From Leptonemataceae bacterium (lineage in GTDB: Bacteria; Spirochaetota; Leptospiria; Leptospirales; Leptonemataceae), in NCBI GenBank assembly GCA_965227295.1, contig OZ245742.1:5440001-5504000 (forward strand): a stretch of DNA of 64,000 nucleotides, written 5' to 3'. The translations under genes were made by a program, and so were the position numbers. Below the pieces are notes generated by a model. The model saw only the letters and a list, made by a program, of their open reading frames with translations, ran no database searches and was not told where the DNA came from. Shown here piece after piece: positions 29,701-38,074 of this stretch (within the stretch, counting starts at the first letter, position 1; every line of letters starts with the position of its first letter).

Positions 29701-32688
29701 GACGCCGCCTGCAATCCGCAGTACTTTTTCCCGGGCCGTCTGTCCCAGGTGCGCGCCTACAATCGCGCGCTCAGTCCGGCGGAAATCACCGACATCGTAG
29801 CGAACTACCCGTACGTCACCCTCGCGCGGCCCGGCGCCGAACTCGTACGCAAGTTCAGCGCAAACGAACCGGCCATCAACCTCCAGGCCGAACAGAACGT
29901 CGCCGGCACCGAGCAGAGCATCGTGTTCGTCGAAAGCGGTTCCGGCAACGTGGGCATCGGCACTAATACTCCTTCAGAGAAACTTACCGTAGACGGCCTC
30001 GTCGAATCGCGCAGCGGCGGCTTTAAGTTTCCGGACGGCAGCGTGCAGGTCACGGCCGGCGGCGGCTCCGGTCCCGGCGCCGGTTACGATACCATGCCCC
30101 TGGGTACGATCCTGGCCTGGCACCGCGACTTCGACGGCACGCCGAATCTTCCCGAGGGCTGGGTGGAATGCAACGGTCAGTCCATCGAAGACGTGCTGTC
30201 GCCCTACAACGGACTCAACGCGCCGGACCTCAACAACGCGCGGCAGTCCTGGAACTCGAGGGGCAGTTTCTTACGCGGCGGGACGACGTCCGGTGAGTAT
30301 GAGGACGATCAGATTCAGGGGCACTGGCACAGTGAGAGCGCGCCCGGTCATAATCACCGGGAAGCCGGCGGTATCCGCGCTGATTTTCAAAGAAACGGCA
30401 CAGTCGAGGGACAGGACGTGCCTCGACCGGACCTCCCGGCCATAAATACGAGTCAAACCCAGGTCACCGTTACCGATCCCGTCGACGACGGCACCAACGG
30501 CAACCCGCGAACCGGCGACGAAACGCGTCCGGTAAACATGAGCGTCGTATGGATCATCAAGATCCGCCCGGCCGGCGTCGGCAGCGGAAACACCGTGTTC
30601 GTGCAGTCGAACTTTCAGTTCATTCACTGGCAACCACAGGTTCCGAACAATTCCCAGACGATCACCGAAACCCTGACGGCTTCGAACAACTGGCAGAACC
30701 ACGACGCTCCCGCGCAGACGTTCACCATGCCGACGACGGGCCGCTGTTTTTTCAAGGCGGACATCAGTTACCACAATCACACCGGCGGTGCGATCTTCAT
30801 CCGCGCCGTGATTGACGGTTCCCTCATCGGCACGATCACCGCTTACATTCCGTACGAACAACCCGGCGACACGGGCAACACGCATACGACCAATCATCCG
30901 GTCATGATCGGTCTCGGCACGGAGCAAGATGCCGTCAGCGCCGGTGAGCATACGGTAGAGTTTCAGATCTATCTCTCCGCGCCGGGGGATATCTTCTTCG
31001 ATCGCAGCGGCGCCGGGCACGGCCTTAACAACTTCCAGATCTACGCCTACGATCTTAGCGCGCAGAACGCCGGCCTGTGGGATGCGAACGGCAACGACGT
31101 CAGCCGCAGTTCGGGCAACGTCGGCATCGGCACGGACAACCCCCAGGCGAAGCTGCACATCGACGGCACACCGGGCATCGACGGCATTCTCTTTCCGGAC
31201 GGCTCGTTGCAAACCACGGCCGGCGGCGCGGCCGGCGCGAACCTGCCCCTGGGCACGATCCTCGCCTGGCATAAATCCTTAACCGGTACTCCGCCGCAGT
31301 TACCGGACGGCTGGGTCGAATGCAACGGGCAGACGTTGAGTGATCCAGCCTCGCCGTACGACGGCCAGGCAATTCCGGATCTGAACAATCCCAAAGAAAC
31401 CTGGAATACGAAGGGCGCGTTTTTGCGCGGCCACACGACGTCGGGTGAGTTTGAGGATGATCAATACCAGGGCCACCATCATCGCGTGTATCCCGGCGGC
31501 GGCAGCGACAGCGGCAATACGGCGAACACCCTGGCGCATGATTCGAATCAGGGACACTACTTCGGCAGCACGGCGTCTTACGCAACCGGCAACGGTACGA
31601 TCGGCTGGGCGGTGACTCAGGAAAACGACGGCAGCAACGGCACGCCGCGCACCGGCGCAGAAACTCTGCCCGCAAACATGAGCGTCGTGTGGATCATGAA
31701 GGTCCGCGAACCGGCGCAGTTGAACGTCGGCGGGTACGCGCTGATCGAAGATCGGCGCCCCCAGGGCACGAATCACGGCGCCGGCACGCCGCTTGCCTGG
31801 AACCAGCGCATCCTGAACACGCTGAGCACTAACATTAACGGACTGACACTTAATTCAAATCGTTTCACGCTTCCCGAGGGAACATACCTTATCGAAGGAG
31901 AATTCCCGGTACATCGTACCGGTCGAAACAAAGTAAAACTTCACGACGAGAGCAATGGCCTGGACGTGGCTTACGGGACCAGCACCTATGCCGGAGGCGG
32001 AGTCGACGACGGCATGCAGGCGACATTGCGCTGCATCGTTGCCACAGACGGCACCAAAGAATATGCGATCTATCACTGGCTTGAATCGACCACCGGCCCT
32101 CAGGACTTCGGCGTCTCCACCGGCGCCGCCGGAGCCGAAGAAATTTACGCTTCGGTACGCCTCCTCAAACTCACTCCACCGGGCAACACCGTAGCTTCCC
32201 TTGCGGATGAGTTAGTCGGCACCGTCTCGGCCTTCGCCGGCACCACGCCGCCGAACGGATGGCTGGAGTGTGATGGGACGGCGATCAGCCGCACGAAGTA
32301 CTCGCGTCTCTATGAACGCATCGGCGACGCCTACGGCTCCGGCGACGGGTCCACCACGTTCAACTTGCCGGATCTGCGCGGGGAATTCGTGCGCGGCTGG
32401 GACAACAACCGCGGCGTGGACAGCGGGCGCGCCCTGGGTTCGACGCAGGACGACGCCTTTCAGGGACACTGGCACGATCTCGGCGAGAATAGCGACGGCA
32501 CGAAGGTCAACTTCCAGGGCGGGAGCCCGATCAGCACGGGCGGCGGCACAGTAGCGCCGGCGATCGTCCTCTTCTCCGACAGCTATACCGTCGTCGATGC
32601 CACGGAAGACCTGAGCAACGGCCCGCCGCGCACGGCCGCCGAAACCCGCCCGCGGAACTTGGCGATGATGTACTGCATCCGCTACTAA
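26761..32688 (+). CDS. Large DUF6519-type tail-fibre-like protein (DUF6519, Ig-like, DUF2341, LamG-like, three tail-collar units)
   Basis: N-terminal MKTDISR...VRLQQGRIITDADWNEQ, NRLYRVEIH, FKWSRDN, GEYWLIPAR. DUF2341-like KMRADCGDVLFTD...FWVRVP...IYIYYGN. LamG-like W.H.ALIY...LYLNG...VRAYNRALS. Collar motifs PEGWVECNG, PDGWVECNG and PNGWLECDG...TTFNLPDLRGEFVRGWD. Confidence 0.85.
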   Translation: MKTDISRENFRADRNYDSVRLQQGRIITDADWNEQADIHNHLRENISRSVVGPTGAPRENAGFAVSAGSGDLNIGAGRMYVNGVPCELGAPENYLGQSDLPGAPAPAADGPYLVYLDVWKRAVTPLDAPDIREPALGGPNASFRSRILHQVKLLSLAGDTYDARSIPPEWTALLTSSHGRLNARTAADGLTADPCTIGARGGYNGADNRLYRVEIHRGGPAGTATFKWSRDNAAFAAEWSALDGGSVLTISNAGRDADQAFAAGDWIEITDEGLELEESPGTLARLTAVQGNSLTIDPDTLRHFDGAGGPNSPGGRALDPAEFQRGVRRVRRWDMVGAAGDIVTPAADVDPDAAWVELESGVQIRFDDDAGRTYRSGEYWLIPARVQNRNIEWPHDETGAGLFTEAFGPRHQYARLAFANSTAGTWSIIADARRIFPSLTDAKMQFAGGDGQSILPNAELDQPLCVRISSGEQPVPAARVSFRIASGGGDLVDATDAGNSGSTVLVRADASGLAAVRWTTGSDRNDQSVDAQLLDEDGSPVSGAVLKFFAHKGAAGVVEYTPPILTSPGGDDLMLGVETVQDGLDRLADIKVNKAGDTMTGPLTISSDLEVTGNFTVRGDVIARDTDHMPGDVLLGDQDEDTITIHGTLQSEHSSGALVIDDALRVHTTDGSDVPFEVRAPVSGLAGRTYRRPIGIDNGSGGALNDYQLLLTIDTAAIIAAGKMRADCGDVLFTDAAGVPLSYWLESGANTNATRFWVRVPSIGAAASETIYIYYGNPNATSQSSAQNTFIREIGGVQGAWKFEEGVGPNIVDYSGNGRNGTVQGMAPFWVSGGGPFYDAMNFNGTNHAVALPAGNLIGTGNDPFTTSFWFYPTQTVAGHGQYGFTRWSQDSQFLIGAFNLTGPTQLFWGFRGASHITLDWDDSAVLNTWMHFALIYNGGSKGSPGSYELYLNGVAQGGISTYSIVGGSCNNNGIGSDGPDAACNPQYFFPGRLSQVRAYNRALSPAEITDIVANYPYVTLARPGAELVRKFSANEPAINLQAEQNVAGTEQSIVFVESGSGNVGIGTNTPSEKLTVDGLVESRSGGFKFPDGSVQVTAGGGSGPGAGYDTMPLGTILAWHRDFDGTPNLPEGWVECNGQSIEDVLSPYNGLNAPDLNNARQSWNSRGSFLRGGTTSGEYEDDQIQGHWHSESAPGHNHREAGGIRADFQRNGTVEGQDVPRPDLPAINTSQTQVTVTDPVDDGTNGNPRTGDETRPVNMSVVWIIKIRPAGVGSGNTVFVQSNFQFIHWQPQVPNNSQTITETLTASNNWQNHDAPAQTFTMPTTGRCFFKADISYHNHTGGAIFIRAVIDGSLIGTITAYIPYEQPGDTGNTHTTNHPVMIGLGTEQDAVSAGEHTVEFQIYLSAPGDIFFDRSGAGHGLNNFQIYAYDLSAQNAGLWDANGNDVSRSSGNVGIGTDNPQAKLHIDGTPGIDGILFPDGSLQTTAGGAAGANLPLGTILAWHKSLTGTPPQLPDGWVECNGQTLSDPASPYDGQAIPDLNNPKETWNTKGAFLRGHTTSGEFEDDQYQGHHHRVYPGGGSDSGNTANTLAHDSNQGHYFGSTASYATGNGTIGWAVTQENDGSNGTPRTGAETLPANMSVVWIMKVREPAQLNVGGYALIEDRRPQGTNHGAGTPLAWNQRILNTLSTNINGLTLNSNRFTLPEGTYLIEGEFPVHRTGRNKVKLHDESNGLDVAYGTSTYAGGGVDDGMQATLRCIVATDGTKEYAIYHWLESTTGPQDFGVSTGAAGAEEIYASVRLLKLTPPGNTVASLADELVGTVSAFAGTTPPNGWLECDGTAISRTKYSRLYERIGDAYGSGDGSTTFNLPDLRGEFVRGWDNNRGVDSGRALGSTQDDAFQGHWHDLGENSDGTKVNFQGGSPISTGGGTVAPAIVLFSDSYTVVDATEDLSNGPPRTAAETRPRNLAMMYCIRY

Positions 32689-32719
32689 CCTGAGATCACG
32701 GAAAATTACGGAGAAGACC

Positions 32720-33046
32720 ATGTACGTAGTCCTGGACCGCGAGACGAAAGAGATCGTGCACATCAACCGGGCGCCGCTATCCCAGGCGCTCAGCGAGAAA
32801 GAGGTCTACTACCACTACGACCCGGAAAGCATGCTGATCGGTCGCACGGACGCGCGGGAACTTCCACCCCGCTGGAAACTGAACAACGACGGCGAGATCG
32901 TCCCGGACTACCCGGAACCATCGGCCGATGTCGCGGCGGAGCAACCGGACGGGGCCGCGATGATTCTGAAAGAACTCGGTGAGCTACGTGAAAGGATCGA
33001 CGGCCTGGAAGAACGACTCAGTTTCCTGGAGGGGGCTCTGGAGTAG
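32720..33046 (+). CDS. Small protein after the fibre gene, possible fibre assembly chaperone
   Basis: GGAG RBS, same strand as the fibre gene, C-terminal coiled coil LKELGELRERIDGLEERLSFLE; function inferred from position only. Confidence 0.55.
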   Translation: MYVVLDRETKEIVHINRAPLSQALSEKEVYYHYDPESMLIGRTDARELPPRWKLNNDGEIVPDYPEPSADVAAEQPDGAAMILKELGELRERIDGLEERLSFLEGALE

Positions 33047-33053
33047 AGACTTC

Positions 33054-34391
33054 TTAAAAAGGCAGCAGGGTTTTCTTGAGTTGTTCGAACACGCGCTCGG
33101 GCGAGATGAACTCCACACACGAAGCGAACGAACAGGCGGGGCAACTCTTCACGCACTCGTCCACGGACGGCATAATGTGCCGTTCCAGGGAGTCCGCTAA
33201 CTTAATAAAATACGAAGTCAGCGGATAGTCGGGATTCTGCCGGTTCAGCAAGGCACCGGGGGGCGCCAGGGCTTCCCGCAGGGTGTTCAGTTCTCGGGCT
33301 TCCGCCCCATCGCCGCGCTCGCTCTCCGGATGCAAACCAGGCGGGCGCACATGGCCGGGATGATTGCGATACGTCTTCATGTCGTGCAGCACGACGACGG
33401 GCACTTTCAAAATCGAAGCGAGGATCGTTTCCGGGCCGGCCGGGGCAATGACCGCCTTCGCCCGGGCCATGATGCCGGCGCGATCCCCCGGCAGACAATC
33501 GCGCAGCACGATCGCCTCGGAGTGCTTCTCAATGTAAGCCGTCTCTGCCGCGACGCGTTTTTCCCGGGCCTCGCGTTCCGCCGGCGGAAGATGGGCCGGC
33601 ACCGGCGGTACCGGAATGACGGCGGCGGCGTTCAGTTCGTCCATGCGCCGGACCAGACGCGCGGCATGGCCCACGGGCCAACCGCCGGTGAGGTCGTGGG
33701 CGTCGAAGAGAGAGATGACGACGTAGTCGCATTTCGGCGTACCCGGCGGCGGCGCGAATTCCGCGGACAGGGTAAGATCGGAAAGCTCCGGATAAAGATC
33801 GAAGCCGCGTTTCTTAAGACGATTGAGATCGTCTTCGTTGTGAACTTTGTAAAATCGCAGAATGCGCGCGAGCAAACGATTGCGCACGCCGCCGATGCGC
33901 ACACGAGCGCCGGCGAAGAAACCGGCGAGCTGCAAACGCAGATTGCCGTCGGGCATGTACAGAATGTCCGCGCCGAAGTCCAGCATGAGCCCGCGCAGAG
34001 CGCGGCGATCTTCGCGGCCGTCGTGCGTGCCCGGATTCCAGTCCAGGATCTCGTCGAAGACGCCGGTGCTTTCCATGAGCGCGCGGTTCTCCGGATGCAC
34101 CAGGGCGGCCGCGTATATACGCTCGCGTTCGTTGTTGTGCCGCTTCTGCAACAAACGCGCGGTGTAGAGACATTCGAGAAGCACCGCAAGATTGCCGGCG
34201 TCCGGAGCCACGGCCAGGAAACGCCGCTGCACGGGACCGCGGGGTTTGCGGAAACGCGCAAAGAAACCGGCGGCCTCCGGCTGTTCGAGATTCGCTTCGC
34301 GGGAGCGAGACGTGTCCGGAGATGATTCGACGTCCGGCTCCGGTTCGCCGGGCGCGTCGATCGACTCGCGGTGTAGTATGCGATCTTCCAT
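33054..34391 (-). CDS. Glycosyltransferase family 9 (heptosyltransferase)-like protein
   Basis: AALVHPEN..L....VFDEI, WPVGHAARL, IAPAGPETILASILKVPVVVL, C-terminal C.EFISPERVF; divergent. Confidence 0.55.
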   Translation of the reverse strand: MEDRILHRESIDAPGEPEPDVESSPDTSRSREANLEQPEAAGFFARFRKPRGPVQRRFLAVAPDAGNLAVLLECLYTARLLQKRHNNERERIYAAALVHPENRALMESTGVFDEILDWNPGTHDGREDRRALRGLMLDFGADILYMPDGNLRLQLAGFFAGARVRIGGVRNRLLARILRFYKVHNEDDLNRLKKRGFDLYPELSDLTLSAEFAPPPGTPKCDYVVISLFDAHDLTGGWPVGHAARLVRRMDELNAAAVIPVPPVPAHLPPAEREAREKRVAAETAYIEKHSEAIVLRDCLPGDRAGIMARAKAVIAPAGPETILASILKVPVVVLHDMKTYRNHPGHVRPPGLHPESERGDGAEARELNTLREALAPPGALLNRQNPDYPLTSYFIKLADSLERHIMPSVDECVKSCPACSFASCVEFISPERVFEQLKKTLLPF

Positions 34392-34473
34392 GAAAGAGGA
34401 AACGATGATACGCGGCCTGCCGTGAAAGTGAAAGCCGCCGTATGTGCTGTAAAGCCTTTTTATGTCGGCCGCT

Positions 34474-35427
34474 TCAGGGCCAGGGCAGGTCCGCCGCACC
34501 TGGCGGCGCCTGTTCGTTTATCGGAAAGGGAGGCTGAATCAATAAGCCCGCGGCCTCGGCCTGGCCGCGCAGCTCCGCGTTTCCGCGGTCAATGAGAATG
34601 CCGGTGCGCGCGTGTTGCAGCAGTTCAAAGTCCCCGATGGAATCGCCGACCATGAGGTCCGGCACATCCACGCCCTCGGCCCGCAGACGTGCGACCTTGC
34701 CCGCACGCACGGTCATAGGCTCCACGATGAACGGTTCCAGAATCGCCCGGTCCTCCGGTTCGCCGTCCGGTCGCCGGCGGCGCAGTACCATGCCGTGGAC
34801 TTTCTCCTCGGGAATGTTCCAGCGCGGGCTCACGGTCTGGATGATCTCCTGGGGCGACGCGGTGACGATACGTACGTCCCATTCACGTTCATGCAGGGCC
34901 GCAATCAATTCCTGGATTTCGGTGTAGATGCGCAGACCCCGGGGAAGACGCAGGCCGGAGGGCAGCTCCCACACACCGACGTCGAGCGTCTGCTCGTAAT
35001 CAAAGACATAACGCGAGATCGAACGCATCTCTTTCGCCGGCTGAAAGCCGAAGAGCGTACGCGTCCAGCGATACGCCTCTTCCATGCCCGCCCGCTCGTA
35101 GACCAGGCCGTAGATCGTTAACAGACGATCCGCGAAACTTAAGAACTCTCCCGTGTTCTCGCCGCCGCTTTCTTCGACGGTATCCCAGGACTTGCGCAGC
35201 CGATCGATGATCGCCGCGTCGATGGCGTCGTGCCGGAGTTCCTGCCAGAAATCCTCGAGGTCCGCACGCAGCAAACCCTGGAGCACGATGTAATACATCA
35301 CCGCCTCGCCGAGATCGTTCTTGATCAGGGTGTTGTCGAAGTCGAAGACGGCGGTTCCCGGAGAACCGGAGAGGAGTTTCTGAATGGCCGGGAAGACAGT
35401 AGCATCCCAACCGCGTTGTTCGATCAT
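34474..35427 (-). CDS. HAD-family hydrolase
   Basis: AVFDFDNTLI, IVTASP, GK, VGDSIGDFELL. Confidence 0.9.
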   Translation of the reverse strand: MIEQRGWDATVFPAIQKLLSGSPGTAVFDFDNTLIKNDLGEAVMYYIVLQGLLRADLEDFWQELRHDAIDAAIIDRLRKSWDTVEESGGENTGEFLSFADRLLTIYGLVYERAGMEEAYRWTRTLFGFQPAKEMRSISRYVFDYEQTLDVGVWELPSGLRLPRGLRIYTEIQELIAALHEREWDVRIVTASPQEIIQTVSPRWNIPEEKVHGMVLRRRRPDGEPEDRAILEPFIVEPMTVRAGKVARLRAEGVDVPDLMVGDSIGDFELLQHARTGILIDRGNAELRGQAEAAGLLIQPPFPINEQAPPGAADLPWP

Positions 35428-35452
35428 AAGAGGACGAGGGTGCGCGCCGGAA

Positions 35453-36286
35453 TCAGGGCTTCGCGCGTTCGTTCGGACGATCCGCCATCACGCTTTCTCC
35501 CACTCGAATGTTGGAGAAGTCCATGGGCGTGCTCTCACGGTAGACGACGCCCGGCTGCACGAGGCCGAGTTCCAGAAAATCTTCCGGGTTCATGGCGATG
35601 TTCTGGAAGCGCACTTCGAAGTGCACGTGCGGGCCGGTGGAGCGACCGGTGTTGCCGGAGAAGGCAATGGCCTGACCGCGCTTTACGGATTCGCCGACTT
35701 TCAAAAAGAGCATGTTGTTGTGCCCGTACCAGGTGACCAGGCCGTTCTCGTGACGGATGGCCACCGCCTGACCGAGGGCGCCGAACCAGGAAGAGTGCGT
35801 TACCACGCCGTCGTCCACCGCCAGCACAACGGTGTTCGGCGGGCAGGCCAGGTCCAGGCCGTTGTGGTTCTGACCGCGACGCATGCCGTAGCGCGAGGTG
35901 TACTTCGGATCGTCGACGGGCCAGAGCAGCCGGCGCGGATCGATTTTGAGAACGCGGCGACCTTTGCCTTCCTGGACCAGGTCGTTGTAGGTATCCAGAC
36001 CCATGGGGATGAAGAACATGGAACGAGCGCCCTCGAAGTCGTCGTTGATCTCACGGATTTCTTCGACGGAGGTCTGGAACTCTTCGGCCAGTGACTGCAT
36101 GGTCCCGGAGCCGGCCCGGACCCAGCGACCCAGGCGGCCGCGGTAGGACTGGATGAACTCATTGTCAATCGGCACGTCGATGAGACGCGGGACGTAGAGT
36201 TCATCGCGCTCGCCGGCCAGCAGAGTGCCGAAGGCGAGGCCGGGAAGGATGATGGCAAGAGAGAGAAGAATGCGAAAGTTATACAT
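35453..36286 (-). CDS. M23-family metallopeptidase
   Basis: HNGLDLA, TWYGHN, GNTGRSTGPHVHFEVR. Confidence 0.93.
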   Translation of the reverse strand: MYNFRILLSLAIILPGLAFGTLLAGERDELYVPRLIDVPIDNEFIQSYRGRLGRWVRAGSGTMQSLAEEFQTSVEEIREINDDFEGARSMFFIPMGLDTYNDLVQEGKGRRVLKIDPRRLLWPVDDPKYTSRYGMRRGQNHNGLDLACPPNTVVLAVDDGVVTHSSWFGALGQAVAIRHENGLVTWYGHNNMLFLKVGESVKRGQAIAFSGNTGRSTGPHVHFEVRFQNIAMNPEDFLELGLVQPGVVYRESTPMDFSNIRVGESVMADRPNERAKP

Positions 36287-36531
36287 GGAAGGCGGATGTG
36301 AGGATATGTAAGATTTTTATTAAGATTTGCACCGAATATCCGGATCATAGCAGGAGATTCAATGCTTTTTTGTCCTACCGATCCGGTAGGATTGACTATT
36401 CGGCTCATTGTAATTATCGGCAGGACCATTCCGGGACTGGAGATACGGTTTGACAGTCGCTCGCGGCCTCCCGCAAACTGAGCGCGGTCGGCAATTTCTG
36501 GACAGTCGCCCGGCGGGCGGCACGAGCCCCG

Positions 36532-37422
36532 ATGTCGGATACCCTCCTGATCAAATCCTACACGCCCCAGGCCGCGGCCAACATCCGCGACGGCCTGAGC
36601 CTGTACCTGGGCGGCGACGGCGGCGGGACCTGGCTGGGCGCCTATCGAAATCAGATCTTTCAAATTTGCGATGAGCTGATCAAAAACGCGATTAAGTCAA
36701 ACTATAAGTTCTTGCTCATCTGGGCAAAGACCCGGGAACGCCTGCTCGCCGCGGACCCGGACCTCCAGGCCGAGGACATGAACGAGTGGCTGGGCGAAGT
36801 CTTTTTCTCCGGCGAGGATCAGCTCATCGAACGCCATCTTTCCCGGCTGCCGGAGCGCGAGGACATCCAGCGGGAAGTCCGCCGATTACTGGACCTGGAG
36901 AACCACTATCTCCGCGAGCGCGCGGACGCGGCCCGGGGCCATCTGCCGCCGGGTCGCGAGAACATCGCCGACTACGACGACTATGCCGCCGGCGATCCGG
37001 CCTTCGAATCCCTGGCGCGCATCAAGCGCATGTCCCGGGAGTTGAACATCTACGTACACTATCGCATCGAGCGTTCCAGCGACCAGGTGCTCATCACGGT
37101 GGCCAACGACTCGCCGATCCTGGACGAAGACGTGAAGCGCATCCATCGCGTGCGCAATCTTTTCAAGAAGTACCGCGACCAGGGTCGCCAGGAAGAATTC
37201 TTCATCGATCAACTGGACAACTCCGGCGGCGGACACGGCCTGGGTTATGCCATCATGGATTCGATATTGTTAGAGATGCACCTGGAACCGGAGGTGAGTT
37301 TGTATTTGATCAGCGCGACACGGACCATGGTGTTGCTCGTTCTGCCGCTGAGCCCGCCGGAAGGCCTTACGATACAGGAAAGTACTTTGCGCACCGAAGA
37401 GACCGCGCGGAGCGGATGGTGA
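36532..37422 (+). CDS. Stand-alone GHKL (histidine-kinase-like) ATPase protein
   Basis: N-box DELIKNAIK, ITVAND, G-box SGGGHGLG; no H-box or receiver domain recognised. Confidence 0.65.
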   Translation: MSDTLLIKSYTPQAAANIRDGLSLYLGGDGGGTWLGAYRNQIFQICDELIKNAIKSNYKFLLIWAKTRERLLAADPDLQAEDMNEWLGEVFFSGEDQLIERHLSRLPEREDIQREVRRLLDLENHYLRERADAARGHLPPGRENIADYDDYAAGDPAFESLARIKRMSRELNIYVHYRIERSSDQVLITVANDSPILDEDVKRIHRVRNLFKKYRDQGRQEEFFIDQLDNSGGGHGLGYAIMDSILLEMHLEPEVSLYLISATRTMVLLVLPLSPPEGLTIQESTLRTEETARSGW

Positions 37423-37429
37423 AGGAATC

Positions 37430-37536
37430 ACTCCGAGGACCGGGGTATCGAGGTGCGACTTGAGAAGATATCGAATCAATCATCATCGCCGTGATGCGTG
37501 CTCGTTACAAGCCTCGGCCTCCTCGGTCCTCGGAGT
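37430..37536. repeat. Family B inverted-arm element 1
   Basis: Left arm ACTCCGAGGACCGGGGTATCGAGG (37430-37453), right arm CCTCGGCCTCCTCGGTCCTCGGAGT (37512-37536). Confidence 0.85.
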
Positions 37537-38053
37537 TGGTCTTCTTTTGATTCTTTCGCTAACCTCTCATTGCCACATGACCGACTTCGTAGACTTCGAA
37601 ACCGCCGCCGCCGCGCTCTCGGCTCGCTTCAATGTCGCCGAGATCAGCGCGCCGGAATTTCTCGAACGGCACCAGGGCCGGCCGAACACCGTCCTGATCG
37701 ACGTGCGCACGCCGGAAGAACAGAGCGTGTCGGTCATACCCGGCGCGGTCCTCGCCACCCCGCAAACGAAGCTGAACGCGCTACCGGAAGTTCGGCACGC
37801 GGACGCCGACGCGACGATCGTCGTATACTGCGCCGGCGGCTATCGTTCCGCGCGCTCCATCTCACGGAGCGGCGAGACTATGGCAAAGCACATGGTGAAC
37901 CTGCGCGGCGGCATTGTCGGTTACGCGAACGCCGGCGGAAAGCTGGTGGATGCCCGGGGCGGCACGAGCCACAAGGTGCACGGATACAACAGCACCTGGG
38001 CCCGGTACGTCGAGGCGCCGAACGAGGGCGTCGTAGAACCACCGGTGCCGTAG
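37460..38053 (+). CDS. Rhodanese-domain protein, possibly a lipoprotein
   Basis: LIDVRTPEEQSVSVIPGA, VVYCAGGYRS, NLRGGI. Start is either TTG 37460 (giving an LLLILSLTSHC lipobox-like signal) or ATG 37577. Confidence 0.85.
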   Translation: MRRYRINHHRRDACSLQASASSVLGVGLLLILSLTSHCHMTDFVDFETAAAALSARFNVAEISAPEFLERHQGRPNTVLIDVRTPEEQSVSVIPGAVLATPQTKLNALPEVRHADADATIVVYCAGGYRSARSISRSGETMAKHMVNLRGGIVGYANAGGKLVDARGGTSHKVHGYNSTWARYVEAPNEGVVEPPVP

Positions 38054-38074
38054 GCCGCCATCATCAGGACCACC

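Noticed and set aside
29935..32688. Diversity-generating retroelement target in the fibre gene
   Set aside because: No reverse transcriptase and no near-identical template/variable repeat pair differing at adenines seen; the units diverge broadly
26761..33046. Intact prophage
   Set aside because: No integrase, capsid, terminase, lysis or other tail genes, and no att repeats noticed
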